From Takakia lepidozioides (taxonomy: Eukaryota; Plantae; Bryophyta): a stretch of 64,000 bases of DNA. Position numbers and translations under genes: made by a program. The stretch spans positions 51,274,001-51,338,000 of the forward strand of contig CM060732.1 in NCBI GenBank assembly GCA_030704615.1, given 5' to 3'. A model generated the notes under the pieces. It saw nothing but the letters and a program-made list of their open reading frames with translations, ran no database searches and was not told where the DNA came from. Each line of letters starts with the position of its first letter. The stretch's first letter is position 1. Below, one piece after another: positions 48,161-61,874 of this stretch.

Positions 48161-50088
48161 ATAAGCAAGGAATGATCACATATCCTGTCATCAGGATATT
48201 TTGTATTTGCATTAGTGACAGCTGCCTGGCATGGTTTGTCTGACAGACTTACCGTACCACTTGAGATGGAGTAATACTGATAAGGAGCACAGCATCGTTA
48301 GCAGAGAATTGAAAGAGAACTGAAAATATCGTTATTTCTCTAGTGGTGCTGATATTTTGCCCAATCTTCTCGTGTTTTCAAAACTTGAGGAGAGCATAAC
48401 TTCGGGATGCACTGGCTACTTAAGGATGGGTTGACAGTTCAGAGGGTCTCATGCGTCATTGGCTCAGAAAGTCTGTACAGAAGTCAATGATATTGATATA
48501 CTAACTGTCCAGAAATTAGTCAATGAGTGGAGAAGCGACAGAGATCTGCAGTCTTTAGTGCATACTTACATGATCTCGCAGGAGCTGATTAAACTCGATG
48601 TCATTCTGTTGAATTACAGGATACAAGTGGGCAGACAATATTCACCGTAGCAGGATTGGTAGGGGTCGATATGCATACATATAATATTGTTAGTGCAGAT
48701 CTATCAAGACTTCCCCTATAGAAGCTGCAGGATTAAAACTCATCCACAGGTGAGTGGTATAGCTTGGTCTTGATTTACAGGGATCAAAGGAAGCAACTGG
48801 TTCAACTTGACTTTGAGAAATTTGAAGAGCTACCGCAAATCTTCTAATAGGAAATGAATCTCCGCTGGTAGAGGTATATCCATCAAGATCTGTATCTGTA
48901 GGTAGGAATTAACAAAGTGATTTTTCAAACGTTAGTTAACGTTGAAATTCAGAATGACCTGATGAAGTAGGACCCAAGCACTCGATCAATGCTTGAGGCC
49001 CACGGGAGGCCCACTCCACGAGCACAGTTTTAAGGACGATGTCCAATGATTCGTAGGATGGGCGCTGCATGGGGTGTTGCACACTTGCAATTCTAGACGT
49101 TTACAAATCAGGCCAGAATGCAAGGCTAGCCCATGTCGCCTTCAAAGCTCTCCACAGTCATGCTGCATGTTTGTAATTAGGTACGGGATCGATATCCATT
49201 TGGAAGCATCTTGGTGCCGGAGTTTCCATTCAGTCATGGCTAAGTACTAAAGTAGGCGTTGCTTGAACACCAAACTGTTTTACAGCAAATTCCAGTCGCT
49301 ACAGGAAAGTACCGACAGTGTACTTGCATGGGCAGTAGCTGGGGTATGGAGGTGGTGATAGGGAGTCATCAATCTTTGTAAAAGGAACCTCGAGCTCCCA
49401 CTGTTTCCTATTGCATTTCTGTTATCCATGTGCAACCTCTGGACAGTAACTAACTGCCTATTATCCACTGAGAGTAGCCACTTTTGCAGGCATCCACAAG
49501 AGTTGTGGTGATGTTCCTGTGGAGGTGAACGACTCCGATCATCATCCTCATGGCAGCCTGCCTTCAGCCCAATCCACGGCCCCTCTTTGGGCCTTCGCCA
49601 TGTGAGCCTCGAGCACGATATTTTCAGGTGCTCCCCGGGCCCACACCTTTATTCTATGGTATCTCCTGTGGTATATTATACCGTATATTCTCCTAAAACC
49701 GATGAAGAGAAAAGTCGGCCTTATGGATGAAGTTCCGGTGGTTGGCGGAAGTAGGTACTTTGCGTAGGTAAGCCACACAAAGGTCGATGAACGTATTCTT
49801 CTCTCTACGATGGACGAAAATCACTGTTCATCCAAAAATAAACGTTCTCGGCGGTGCAGATAATTTTATATGGCCCACATTCATCTCGGGTTACCGGAGA
49901 CCGGCTGGAGGCGGTGGTGAGAGGCTGAGGCAAGCCAAATGTAGATCGCATGCTCCGGTGGCTGTCGAGGGGCACGTGGCATGAGCGAGAGAGAAAAGTG
50001 CAGAGCGAAGACGAAGAGCGCACTATCCGAGAGAGTGCGGGAAAGAGAGAGAGAGAAGAAGAAGAGATTGTTGAGAAGGAGAGAAAAA

Positions 50089-51817
50089 ATGGCAGGCTAC
50101 AATGGGAAGTATGCGGAGGAGCTGATTGCAACTGCCAAGTACGTAGCAACACCTGGAAAGGGGATTTTAGCGGCCGATGAGAGCACGGGAACGATTGGGA
50201 AGCGGCTGGCCAGCATCAAGGTGGAGAATGTGGAGGCCAACAGGCAGGCTCTGCGAGAGCTTCTCTTCACGGCCCCCGAGGTTTCAAAGTACCTCAGCGG
50301 TGTCATTCTTTTTGAAGAAACTCTGTATCAGAAAACACTGGATGGAAAACCATTTGTGGAAGTGTTGAAGGAGGGAGGTGTGGTTCCCGGCATCAAGGTT
50401 GACAAGGGCACGGTCGACCTCTGGGGAACGAATGGAGAGACGACGACACAGGGTCATGATGGTCTGGCGCAACGGTGCCAGCAATACTACCAAGCCGGTG
50501 CCCGATTTGCCAAATGGAGAGCTGTTTTGAAGATTGGCGTGACTGAGCCTTCCGAGCTTTCCATTCAGCAGAACGCACAGGGACTGGCGCGATATGCTAT
50601 TATCTGCCAAGAGAACGGGTAGTGATATTGGTGCACCGCACCTCTTTCCTGTATTTCTGTTCTGCCTTTATCTGCCACGAGAACGGTTGTCTCGTGCACC
50701 TCAGTTTTGGTTCTTCTTTTTTTGGATTTCTGAAGCAGTACATTGTGGCAATTACGAAATTGATACTGACATGAACGACTTCGGAAACCGAAAACAAAGC
50801 AAAAACAGAAAGAGGTGCACCAGACAATGTGGCTACACTACCGATTATGGGAAAACAGAAACAAATGATTAGAGTAAGACAATCGAAGGTGCCATGAATC
50901 CTTGGCCATTCCCAAAAAACCCTTCGAGTCTTCAAGCACTCCCTAAGGTGAATTCGCTAGTGCGGTGTTTCCCATATCAGCAACGAAGAGACCAAGTGTC
51001 CTTTCGCTGATCTCGGGAACACCGCACAATCGAATTTTCTTGTCAAGGGGAGGTTGAGCACTCCAAGGTTGCTGGCAATGGTGAAGGATTCCTGGCAACT
51101 TGTTTGGTTTTCCTGTAAGACATTTGGTAATTAGGTACAATGTAGAAAACTAATTGCCATTGCTGCAACCTCTTTAGGTAATTAATTTCAGGGAAGTAGT
51201 GAAAAATTTCATGACGGTACTAACACTATCGTGCCAGATCTATTTTCTGAATTATTGGTTGCATATGCAGGCTCGTGCCCATCGTTGAGCCTGAGATTCT
51301 GGTTGATGGAAGTCAAGACATTGCCAAGTGTGCAGAGGTTACTGAAAGGGTGTTGGCTGCCTGCTACAAGGCACTAAATGAACAGCATGTGTTGTTGGAG
51401 GGGACGTTGTTGAAGCCTAACATGGTGACCCCAGGCTCGGACTCTCCAAAGGTTTCTCCAGAGGAAATTGCCAAGTACACTGTTCAGACCCTTCAGAGAA
51501 CTGTCCCCCCAGCCGTTCCTGGCATTGTGTTCCTCTCAGGGGGCCAGAGCGAGGAGGAGGCGACCTTGAACCTGAATGCCATGAACTCCCTACAGACAAT
51601 CAAACCATGGTCGTTGTCATTTTCTTTTGGCCGTGCTTTGCAGGCCACGGTGCTCAAGACATGGGGAGGGAAGAAGGAAAATGTAGAAGCTGCACAGAAA
51701 GCCTTGTATGTTAGAGCCAAGGCTAACTCGGAGGCTACTTTGGGTAAGTATGGGGGTGGTGCTGTAAATGCCGGTGCTGGAACCGAGAGTCTTCATGTGA
51801 AAGACTACAAGTATTAA
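50089..51817 (+). CDS. FBA: Cytosolic class I fructose-bisphosphate aldolase, 358 aa; exons 50089-50618 and 51271-51817
   Basis: [23 protein letters not shown]|LVPIVEPE across a GT-AG intron (50619-51270), Schiff-base [20 protein letters not shown]-terminal Tyr, no transit peptide. Spliced length 1077 nt. Confidence 0.97.
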
Positions 51818-53489
51818 GAGTTGCTCATGCCTCTAGGTAACTCTCTCTGTAGAGATAAGGTTGTGGAACAAACACTTGTACCCTAAGTTAGATACTGCAT
51901 TGTCTGCTGTATGATGTTATTTGTTGAGAGGCTGGACCCAGACCTTGAATAAGATGAAGCTCTGACGCCGTAAAAGAGATTATTTCATGTTGTGTGAACT
52001 CTCCATGTATAGACCACTTGGTAAATTTCAATGCGCGACATTACAGACTGGTTTGTAGTGCAGAGATGAGTAAGACAGCATTTCTAACTTTATCGACAAC
52101 TGAATTTAGATCATGCTATATATTCATTGCAGTTACAGGGACTATTTGTAGTTTGCAGATGAGTATTGTATTGACAATTCCATCTCTCACACTTCTCTGC
52201 AAACTGCAATTTGTACTGGTAACTGCCCAAAAGGTAGATGCACACTTTGTTGACTTCAGAGTTCTCCTCTCTCACGGATGTTCTCACTACAAATGCCACA
52301 AATTTCATAGCATTCGATAATATACTTTGAACTAATTTGATGCAAAACCACATCGAGCTGGATGAAGGTATTTTCACTCTGAACTCATGAACTTGTTTTA
52401 GACCGTTCATGAGTTCAGAGTGACACTACCGTATGCAGGATTCAAGGTTGGGGCTACGTCTTGAAGACCGTATACTGAAAATTGTGCAAGTAGAGATCTC
52501 TCATGGATCCATGTATTCCGGGAACTTTTCAAATGGTGAGAAAAGCCTTTACAGATTGCTTGTATCCACTGATCCACTAGTGCTTGCATCAGTTTTGTAA
52601 CCCACCTTGTCCAGCACTCATATTCCAAACCCAAATTTTCTCATCACTGGCCAAGCTAATAAAATGGTCGAGGTTCAATGCTGCTTTGGACCAAATGGGT
52701 GGCCCCAAAAATTTATGAGACTGATACGAAGTTTGACTTACTTCAGAATCCTTGAATGCCTGACTTCCTCAGGATCATCTAACTACTGAATCAGTCCCAT
52801 TGAGTACCAAGTAATTTTTTATGTTGCTGCTAGGCTAGTTGCAAGAAGAGTAGAACTCCACACCTCTTGCCTGTCAATGTATCTAACGACCTTTCACAAG
52901 GGTGTGAAAGGACGGCAGTTATTCCTGTTACTCGGTGGTGACCCTGCAAGCGAAGGGAAAGCAGCGGTGGAAGAAGGCGGCCCTTGGCATGTCTCTTGGG
53001 ATCCCTGGGCCTCCATGGATAGAATAGAATGTGTTTTGTGAACCCATCTCCCTCCTTGAGCCATGGCAAGCAAGATGCAAGCAGACACTGGAGCCAAAGC
53101 CAAAAGCAGGAGGGAGGAGCCCAGAATTAGAGGGGACGTTAATATTAGATGTGTCCTCCTGGAATGTCTGTTAAAGATGTGGGGAGAGAGCGATTCATGA
53201 AGGGGGATGGTGTTCTACAGCAACAGACGCCAAAGAATATGTCATAAGATTAGTGCATGTAAAGCCCATTATAGCTCTGGAAACTTATATGATCCTCGTT
53301 AGACAACAAAGGCCAGATATTCTTCCAGACGAGTTTTTTTGAGAGGAAGATAGAGGAGGCAAAGAGAATGAAGGAGGACATGAAGATTGTAGAGAAGAGA
53401 GAGAGGAGGAAGAAGGTTTGGACTGAGAAATGGAAGATTGAGGAAGGACGAAGGATTATGATGCAAGAGAGACGCAGAATGAAGAAAGA

Positions 53490-56400
53490 ATGGAGAGAAA
53501 TAAAAAGATTGGAAAGAGAGAGATTGAAGGTAGAGGAGACCGAGAAAAAGAGAACAGACCAGCAGTTAGAGAGAAGGAATTTGATGCTTATGTGGATGGA
53601 GAGTGCAAGAAGCCGAGAAGTTGCTGGAGGCTGGCAGCCCTACCAGCTAATCCGCAAAAACTTGCTGGTGAGCACTCTTTCCTGCTCTGTGGTGAGCTTG
53701 AGGTCGAATGAATGGATTCGTTCCTGTGCATCACAAGTGAACACCAGCAAATAGACCAATCCTTTATTTTCATGTTCCTGGCAAATGTTGATTATTATCC
53801 TCCTCCTCCGACAGTGGTTAGTTGTGGGGTCCAGATGATCACCAGTTTTTATGTGCTTCTCAATCAATGTGGAGAAGTGAACCACAACCCTACAGTTAAT
53901 GTCAAAAGGACCTTATTTTGCAAGAGTATTGTGGAGAGTATCCTGATATGTCCTCATAGATGACCTGCACTTTCCCACTAGACAATCCATGCAAAGTACA
54001 AGTTTTAAAGGAGATGCTGCCAACTTTACAAACTCCAGGCAGGTGGGGAGAAATGGAGGTGGCCTAAACTCGGCACTTTTGCATCACTGAATCAGCAGGG
54101 TATCCTTCCCAGGCAACTAGACTGAAGAAGGTTGGAAAATGTATTGAGTAGCATACTCTTGAATCAGCTTATTCTTTAGTTTGCCGCATTCTCTGTCAAT
54201 ACTATGAGGTCCTGAGGCACAGGGAGATTTTGCTACAAAAATGTGAAAAGATGCATTTTTAGCGACTTCGTCCTGTAAATGATTGCCTGTCTTTGCCTCA
54301 TGACCACCTACACAGCTGCATGATTGATATAGTCAGGCAGCTGGTTGTGGAGAGGGGAAGAAATATGCAAAACATGCTCTCCACACTGAGTAGAAGCTGA
54401 AAAGGGCTTGGGTTGGAATCAGCGGATCATGAAGGATGGAAGGAAAGGTCCAGCTCCAGGTATAAAAAAGAAGAGCAGAAAAGGAGAGGTGCCAATTGTT
54501 GATGTCTCGAATTGCAAGTACGAGGTGGTGCGTATTGTTGTGCGGAAAAATGGTTGGGAAGAGGGAGGTGAGGATGAGAAGAGTTGTCACCTGATTTGGA
54601 CAGGTATGTATCTCTCCTATCGTCCCCTTATGGCTGTTTTTGGTGGGACCTCCAGTGTGGCTTTTGTGGATGTGATTTTGCTGAAAGGAACCATCACTGC
54701 TTACAGGGAGGCTACATCACCCATCTTCCCTAGTCTGTACTGCAAAATTGAACACAATAGGGTGCAGATGAATTGAGTTCTGCAGCAGAAGCCACAGAGA
54801 CACTTAGTTGCATGTTACTGTGTTCAATTCAGTTGGAAACTTCAAAACAAAGTTTAAACCAGGGGCCCTCTAAATAATGCTATCCTCATCTAACCAACAT
54901 TGGGTGGGCAACCATAACCAGGTTGGCATGAGCTCATTTCTTAGTTTCAACCCGACAGCCAGTTCCTCTATGGCAATTATGTGAGGGAGGTAGATAGATG
55001 GAAGAATTGGAGAATGATGGGGCTTAAAAGAAGGTTTGGTTGAGCAGGGTTCACACTTTCTTTTCAGTTCTCTTGATTCTGGCCATCTCAGATAACGCGT
55101 GTTTGGGATGCTTGTCACTTGGACGACACGCAGATATGTCAGTTGGTCCGGAAAGGTTGATGTCCCTTAAACGAGGGCAAAAGATCAACCATTTGTATGG
55201 CATGCTCTCTATATGCCGCAAAAAGTCACTCTTTCGCAGCCTCACCACAATGCGAAAGTAGGCTTACCTCTTCCTCTCACGCTTACACATACAAACTCCT
55301 CTTTTATAATCTTTGTATTTTAGTTAGGATTTAGCCTTCATCCACTTGAGAAACAAGGAAGGAGTACTGAGACAGACAGGAGTGACTACCATTTCAAACC
55401 TACACAAACTTCATTCACCTTACGACCCTTTGCCAACCAACTTAATATTTGTGTTTGCCAGTAAGGCCTGGAAGTCGGGCTTGGAGAGTCTAATTACATT
55501 AAGTTTTCAATGCCCAGGTTGTTCCCAGCGCAGTATAAGTACTTTCCTCGTGCATTTGTCCTGCCCAATCAGCTGCAAGACTTGCTCGGATGCTTCAGCT
55601 GTTCTAAAGTGAAAACATTTATACTCAAGCCAGACAATGGAAGCCAGGTGAATGCCTTTTCCATAAGAATTGATTCACACAATTCAGTTGACAGGAGAGG
55701 CACACGCACATCATGACTGGACTCCAAACTGACTCTTATTGCTTGGGAGAAAGGAAGGATTTGCACGGAGCAACAATAGAATGTACTCATAAGACGTTGT
55801 TTGCCGTAGCCTTGTGGCCATTGACCAGTTTGCGCCAGAACACAAAAGGACAGAAACTACCTTTGACAGAAACTACCTTTGTCAGGGGTAGTATGACTTA
55901 CCTTGAAACAGACAATTAATCCGAGTTTTCCAGATATCCTCTAGAAATCCCTTCACGCAAGCATCAATCTGCTGTGTGTGGTTTGCCCAATAACTAGGCC
56001 CCAAAAGGGCCTGGGCTTTTGGCTCAGCCTCGAGACTTTCAAAGTTGGTAAACAGAGGTTCAGGCACAATTCCCTTGATGGATTTGAAGAGGGCGTCTCT
56101 CTTGTGAGAGTATCCGGGACAATGAATCAGAAAATGAATATTGTCTTCAGGTTGCCCACACAACAGGCATTTGCAATCCCTCTTTCCTCTCTGTTTGCTG
56201 TTCAAAGGTAGGCTTCCCGCCCTGAGTTTAAATTTCAGTCTAGTGCCGAGGGTGGGTAAACCCTTGAGGTCATCCCATGTCACAGACTGGAAACAAGTTC
56301 CGGGAAGTTTTCAGCCTAACTTCATTTTCATCAGAGAATTTCCTGCAACAGACATGGCTTTGGACACTACAGCCTCTAAGTCAGATTTATCCAGCAGGGT

Positions 56401-59400
56401 CAAGACTTGTGGGCTGAGATTCAGATCCTTGAGAATCTCTTCTATTCTCTTCCGCCAGGACTTAGCCTGTTTGATAGGGTGATCCTGCTTCCAAGACGTC
56501 GGGAGCTTAAGGGATGCCAAACTCACCCCGAACAACCACATTGGCTGTTTTGGAGCATGCTGACATGCACTCCGTAAGCACCCCACTTAAATGGATTCTA
56601 GAGACTTTGCAATAGAGACTGAGAGATAGATGTACTCATGAGACCAACTTAGTACCCACTGTAGTCGGTGTAGAAATGAAGTAGTACTTCAGCTATAACG
56701 TCCGCAAAAAGCTGAAAGAGCTCATGGGGCAAGAGAAAAGAACAAGAAAGTGAGATGGGCCCTCCACAAGCAACCCAAAAGCAACTATTGTTCAAGGGTT
56801 TGTCTAAGAGCCATGTTGAGAGCTGACAAGGTGAGTTCCATACACATCAAAAGGGAATCTACCTTGTATATTAAGCTGCCTAGCATTTCTGATCCTCGTA
56901 ATGGAAGACCTCCGTGACAGATTAGGCATCACAGAATAGACAAGTGAATCTCCCACGGATCTCATAGTAGAAAGGGCAGTGAAAAAAGAAACACTTTCAA
57001 TTTCCCTGTTGTTCCAGCGCAAGCGGGCATAGGCTGTCCTAACGTTGCAGTTGTCCCACCTACCAATCTCTTTCCGTAGACTCTGGGAGCCCACCAAGGT
57101 TGGGATGGGCCCAAAACTGCCATAGGGGGTCACGGACAGGTTATGACAATCCAACTACAAGGAATTGATTTATGGGCTGCATTGGCAGTATACTAGAAAG
57201 CATGAGGTTGATTTCAGCACTGCTCTGGTGTTTGAACTCGTCGCACATGTGGCTGTAGTGGCCCTGCCAGTAAAACACCAGTCAGAAATGGCGAAACAAC
57301 TCTCTCTCTATATCTCTCTGTCACTCTCTCTGGACAAATAGCTACGGGCAAGCATCTTAAATGAGTACATTCTAAGACCATTATAAACTGTCTTCGAAAA
57401 AGTTAAACCAAAAGGAGATGATCTTACATCCACAGGAAGAGAGGGGGAGAGAAAATATGTAAAGAAAAAGAAGCAATTGATTACGTCCCAAGGAGGCCCA
57501 GAGGAAGTAGAACCAACAAAAACAGAACTTGTTCAAAGTTGCTCTGATATGGGAGTGCATCATGCAGACACGCTGTTAACCACTTCAGGAGCTCGTAGCA
57601 TCCATATGAAAGAAATTTATTCTGTGGCCTGATGGCCTAAGAGTAAATGTACTCAAAAGAGTAATATGCTTTGGCAGTGCACAGATCTAGCAATGACCTT
57701 TCTCCTGGGTTGCATGTTGATTTCAGTATGGAACTATCACAGCTCCTACACAAGACCATCTCCTCATTCTGAGCTTGATCTTTATTTCAGTTACATCAAG
57801 TACAAAAGTGGCATCAGGAGGCAAGTAGAGAGTGACAGTCAAGAGAATAAAACTGGGTGACATAATGGATCACACATGATACAAAATGATAGACCTAAGG
57901 AGAAAGAAAATGTATGAGATATTCAAGATGACCACTGGGGCTGGCTCCAGGGAAGAGGAGTCGTCCTGGCACAGAGTTTGGCAGATGTGAAACGGGCCAT
58001 TGAGGGGTATCCTGGTTCGAATTTGCTGGCACAAAAGTACCTGACAAAGCCAATGCTGATAAATGGTTACAAGTTTGACCTGCGCATTTATGTACTTATT
58101 CTCTCATGTGATCCCCTCCGCCTTTATCTCTACAGGTTTTACTTTGGTCTTTCCTTCAGTTTGTCTGCTTGTGTTCTCTTTCTGCCTTCAACAAATGGAA
58201 TTCTCAGAAAGGAGCATACATCAGTAGTGGATGCAGATCCATGCCCACCACACGTCTTTTTCTCCCCCTCCACTTTCTCCGTCCCTCAGTTTTTATCTCT
58301 GGCTCTGGGTTTTTTGTTTCCTCTCTCATGTTTTCTTCCATTTTGTCCCACAAGCTCTATGAGCTTTCCGCGGACGTTATAAAGCACCATTTCATTTCAT
58401 TTCCCTCTCAGACGGTGGGAAAAACTGAATGAGCTGCCCTCTTTGAAAAAATTAAAATGACTATCACTTATTGTCTTTCCACCAGTTAGACGAACTCCAG
58501 ACAATGCCTAGGCTGCCACTCATCTTGGATCTCAATTACGGGTACAGGTGGAACACGCATTTTAAATTCAATGGGGAAGAGTACTCTTGGTAAAATCTGG
58601 AAGGCCAGATTCAACTCATCTTTAAAGTGGGTCCCACTACTGGAGCAAGCCCTCCACCATAGCTGTGCTCCATTCTGCTGGCCCCTCTTTATGCACGCCT
58701 GGACCTGGGGTCTACTGCCACAAGGCCGCGGGGACCCAACATTGGAGTTTTAGGATACGGAGAATGGATTGCTCTTGTTATTTCTTCACAGATTCTACAT
58801 CAGTGTCAGCTTTCTTTTACAACAATAGGACATACAGCAAAGTTTGACGATATTTCATTGGTGGATTGGCAGGGAGGGTATTGTCCGGTTTTGCACAGAG
58901 AGATATCAGAAGCCTGTCCCAGAGAATCTGACTACCAGCTGCATGCACTTAACGAACTATGCTCTGAACAAATACAATTCCAATTTCAACTTTAATACAA
59001 GTGCAACTGAGACCGACAAGGGCCACAAATGGACCCTAAGTTCGCTGTTCAAAGCACTGCAGGTCAGGGGTTTCGACATGGCCAAGCTACACCGACAGAT
59101 TAGCCAGATTGTGGTGATGACAATACTTGCCATCGCCCCTCTTCTGGTACATAATTATCACACGTACCTGAAGGAAGATGACCAAGGTCGCTCTTGCTTT
59201 GAGCTATTGGGTATGGATGTCTTGATCGATCACAAGTGCCAACCCTGGTTATTAGAGGCAAGTCTCCCTCCTCTTTTGCAACCAATCCCATCTGCTTAAC
59301 TGTCGAGGGCTGCTTCAGAACGTACTAATCTATTCTGATGTTGCCTGCAGGTCAATCATTCACCATCATTCTCAATTGATACACCCTTGGATCTGAAAGT

Positions 59401-61874
59401 CAAGGAAGCACTTATTACTGATACTCTCAAGTTGGTGCACGTGGACCCATCTGGAGTCTCACGATTGAGGCTGCAGGTACCATTTGCAAGGTTTTACTCC
59501 AATTTATTGAAAACAGGCTCCTTAGCTTCAGAACTTTGCATTTGTCTGAGCCACTTGGGGTGAATGCGTCTTTGTCATCCGTCACAATATTACCCCACTT
59601 CTTGAAACCTTTGTGGAAATGCAATGTTAGAGAGATGCACTTAGTGCAATTGGATGCTTGTGAGTCAAGATGAGCACCTACAGCTAAGCCTCATAAAAAG
59701 AAGTACAGAGCACTGCACCAGAAGATTACTAGAAGAGCACACTGCAGACAGTGTTGCCGAGGTCTGCATCCATGTTATTTGCTAATGTTTCCAGCATTTC
59801 AAAGAAACAGATATGGCTGCAGGAAAAAAAGGGTGCAAAGATGCGATTGTATGGGAAAGGTCAACCTACCGGTGAGAAGCCCAAGGGTGAACATGCTGAA
59901 GACCCGAAGAGGCAAACAATGGTCTTCCACCTGACCAAGGAAAACATTGAGGAGTATGAATCATTCAACATGGGCAAATATGACCGGATCTATCCATCTG
60001 AAGACAAGAACTTGCAAGAGTTGTACAGCATTTTATTGGCCGGGTCACAATCGGCCTTTAGCCTTTCTTTTGACATGAAGGTCAAGAAGAACATAGCCAA
60101 AGTACGCGAAGACAGGCTGCAAGAGCAAATGGCAAAGGAGGCAGAGGAGAAGAGGCTGCAACGAGCCCGCATTGAAAGTAAAAAGAAGGCCCAGTGCAGT
60201 GCCAGGGCAGCAGCACTTGCAGCCATGTCTGAACACGCCAAGGAGGGAAACACTAGTCAGATGTATGGGGGAGCTACTTTGGGAATACATGAACCTGTCT
60301 TGGAGGGCATAGAAAGCAGGGGGTTCTCACCGGAGCGTTTGGCTGAGGAAATGAGGTCTGAAGAGAGGAAAGAGTTGGACAAGCTAGGGGAAGGAGGGGA
60401 AGCAATGATCCCGGAAACATCTACCAAAAGGGCACAGGAGACAACAGAGCAGGTTGGAAGAAAGACAGACCAGGGCTCAGGTAAGAGGGAACTTTTGGAG
60501 AAATTGCTGTGCAAGAAAGACGAGAGGGTACTGGAACAAGTAGGGAAGAGGGAGGGGGGGGTGTCACAACTGTTGGGAAGATGTGAAGAGCGGATGTTGG
60601 AAAGGCTTGTAGCTCAGCAGCTGGGGCAGTCAAAACTGAGGGAAACAGCAAATTCAGCAAAGGAGGAGAAGAAAGCTGCTGACGCCTCTCCACAGAAAGC
60701 ATTTCCATCAATGGAACCAAGAACTATCAGAGATAGTGCCTTACAACAAGCTCTTGAAAGTCTTGGGGAGAGACCAGGTATGTCAGTATGTGACTTTTTA
60801 GCACCATTATTTGCTGTGCTACTGAATATTATCATATATCAATGTTGTACTTCTGGCATCAATCAGTAACGGAGCAGGACTTCAGTTTGCTCATTTCAAA
60901 TGTAGATGTGGAAATCTGATTGCTGTTTGAGATTACTAAAACGTTCCTGAGCCCAACGTTGATGCACCACAGAACCTGAAACAACTGGCCCCAAGCACTG
61001 CCCCAAAGAGTCATGTGGAATTCAATACCAAAAAAGAGGTTGAAGCCACCTCCTTCTGTGTGCACCTTTTGTTAAGGCCTCTGGTAGGCAAAGAGTTTCA
61101 ACATCTTAGATAAAGACTTCCAACAGAAAAGAGGCACTGCACATAACTGATAGATTAGCTTCAATTCCCAAATTCTGAGTTAAAATCCAATTTCAGAGCT
61201 ATAAAAGTAGAATGATTATCTCAAAAAGAATCCCTGACCCATCGTTGACCTAAGATGTTAGTGCTTTCCCGACCCGTCAAGCTCACAGAAACATGACTTG
61301 TCTGATATCTGACATTTAAGACACAGACCAAAACCTGGCAGGTGAATCTAGGTCCTGCCAAAGCAACACACCCAGGAAAGAAAAGAAAATGCCGATAGAA
61401 CTTCTGCCAGTCCAAGAAAGCCTTGGAAGCTCTTCCTTGGACTCCAATACAGCAGTCTCTGGATCTTCGTCTGGATTACACAGGATGGCATTACCAAATT
61501 GCAAAGCCATTCAATCACTTGCTTATGAGCCATGTAATGTTTTACCTGAGTTGAAGACACGTGAAGCTCTCCCTGTAAAGAGCAAGCTGGCTGACCCAAA
61601 GCAAGAAACATTCTTGATGACTCGTCGCTACCATGGGAAGTTACCAGAGCTCGTCAGAAATGAGACCTTCTTCACCATTCGGGGTTACAGTCTCCCTTCA
61701 AATTTGGCCCGCTTTGTACCTAAGATACCCAAGAATCATGAACGCCTTGCAGTGGTGAAACAACCATTATTCCAAGCAGAGACCCCCACAGCCTACAACC
61801 CCTCACACCCCAAAAGGCGAGTTAGCAATGCTTACATGGTAAGAGGTCAAGACAGGGATCAGAAAGCCCCTTAA
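53490..61874 (+). CDS. Tubulin polyglutamylase, TTLL6/TTLL13-like, ~941 aa; exons 53490-53667, 54394-54603, 55134-55257, 55518-55647, 57951-58135, 58873-59257, 59351-59476, 59823-60777, 61342-61874
   Basis: NCKYEVV, LIWTD, QKINHLYGM..ICRK, FILKPDNGSQGRG, QKYLTKP...KFDLRIYVL, EGIVRF, MHLTNYALNK, CFELLGMDVLID, PWLLEVNHSPS. All intron phases are compatible and the total is 2826 nt. The first exon and start codon are the least certain part. Confidence 0.88.
55850..56590 (-). mobile_element. 5'-truncated non-LTR retrotransposon (LINE) 3' fragment in TTLL intron 4
   Basis: KFKLRAGSLPL...CLLCGQPEDNIHFLIHCPGY (C-terminal CCHC finger of LINE ORF2) ...IWKTR. The stop at 55882 is followed by a 16-bp tandem duplication (55850-55881). 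Confidence 0.75.

Noticed and set aside
49981-50088. N-terminal extension or transit peptide on FBA
   Set aside because: It derives from a GA-rich leader. The ATG at 50089 gives the standard 358-aa cytosolic protein.
53368-53754. 128-aa Lys/Glu/Arg-rich ORF as TTLL exon 1
   Set aside because: Its phase at the 53668 donor does not join exon 2 in frame, whereas the frame starting at 53490 does.
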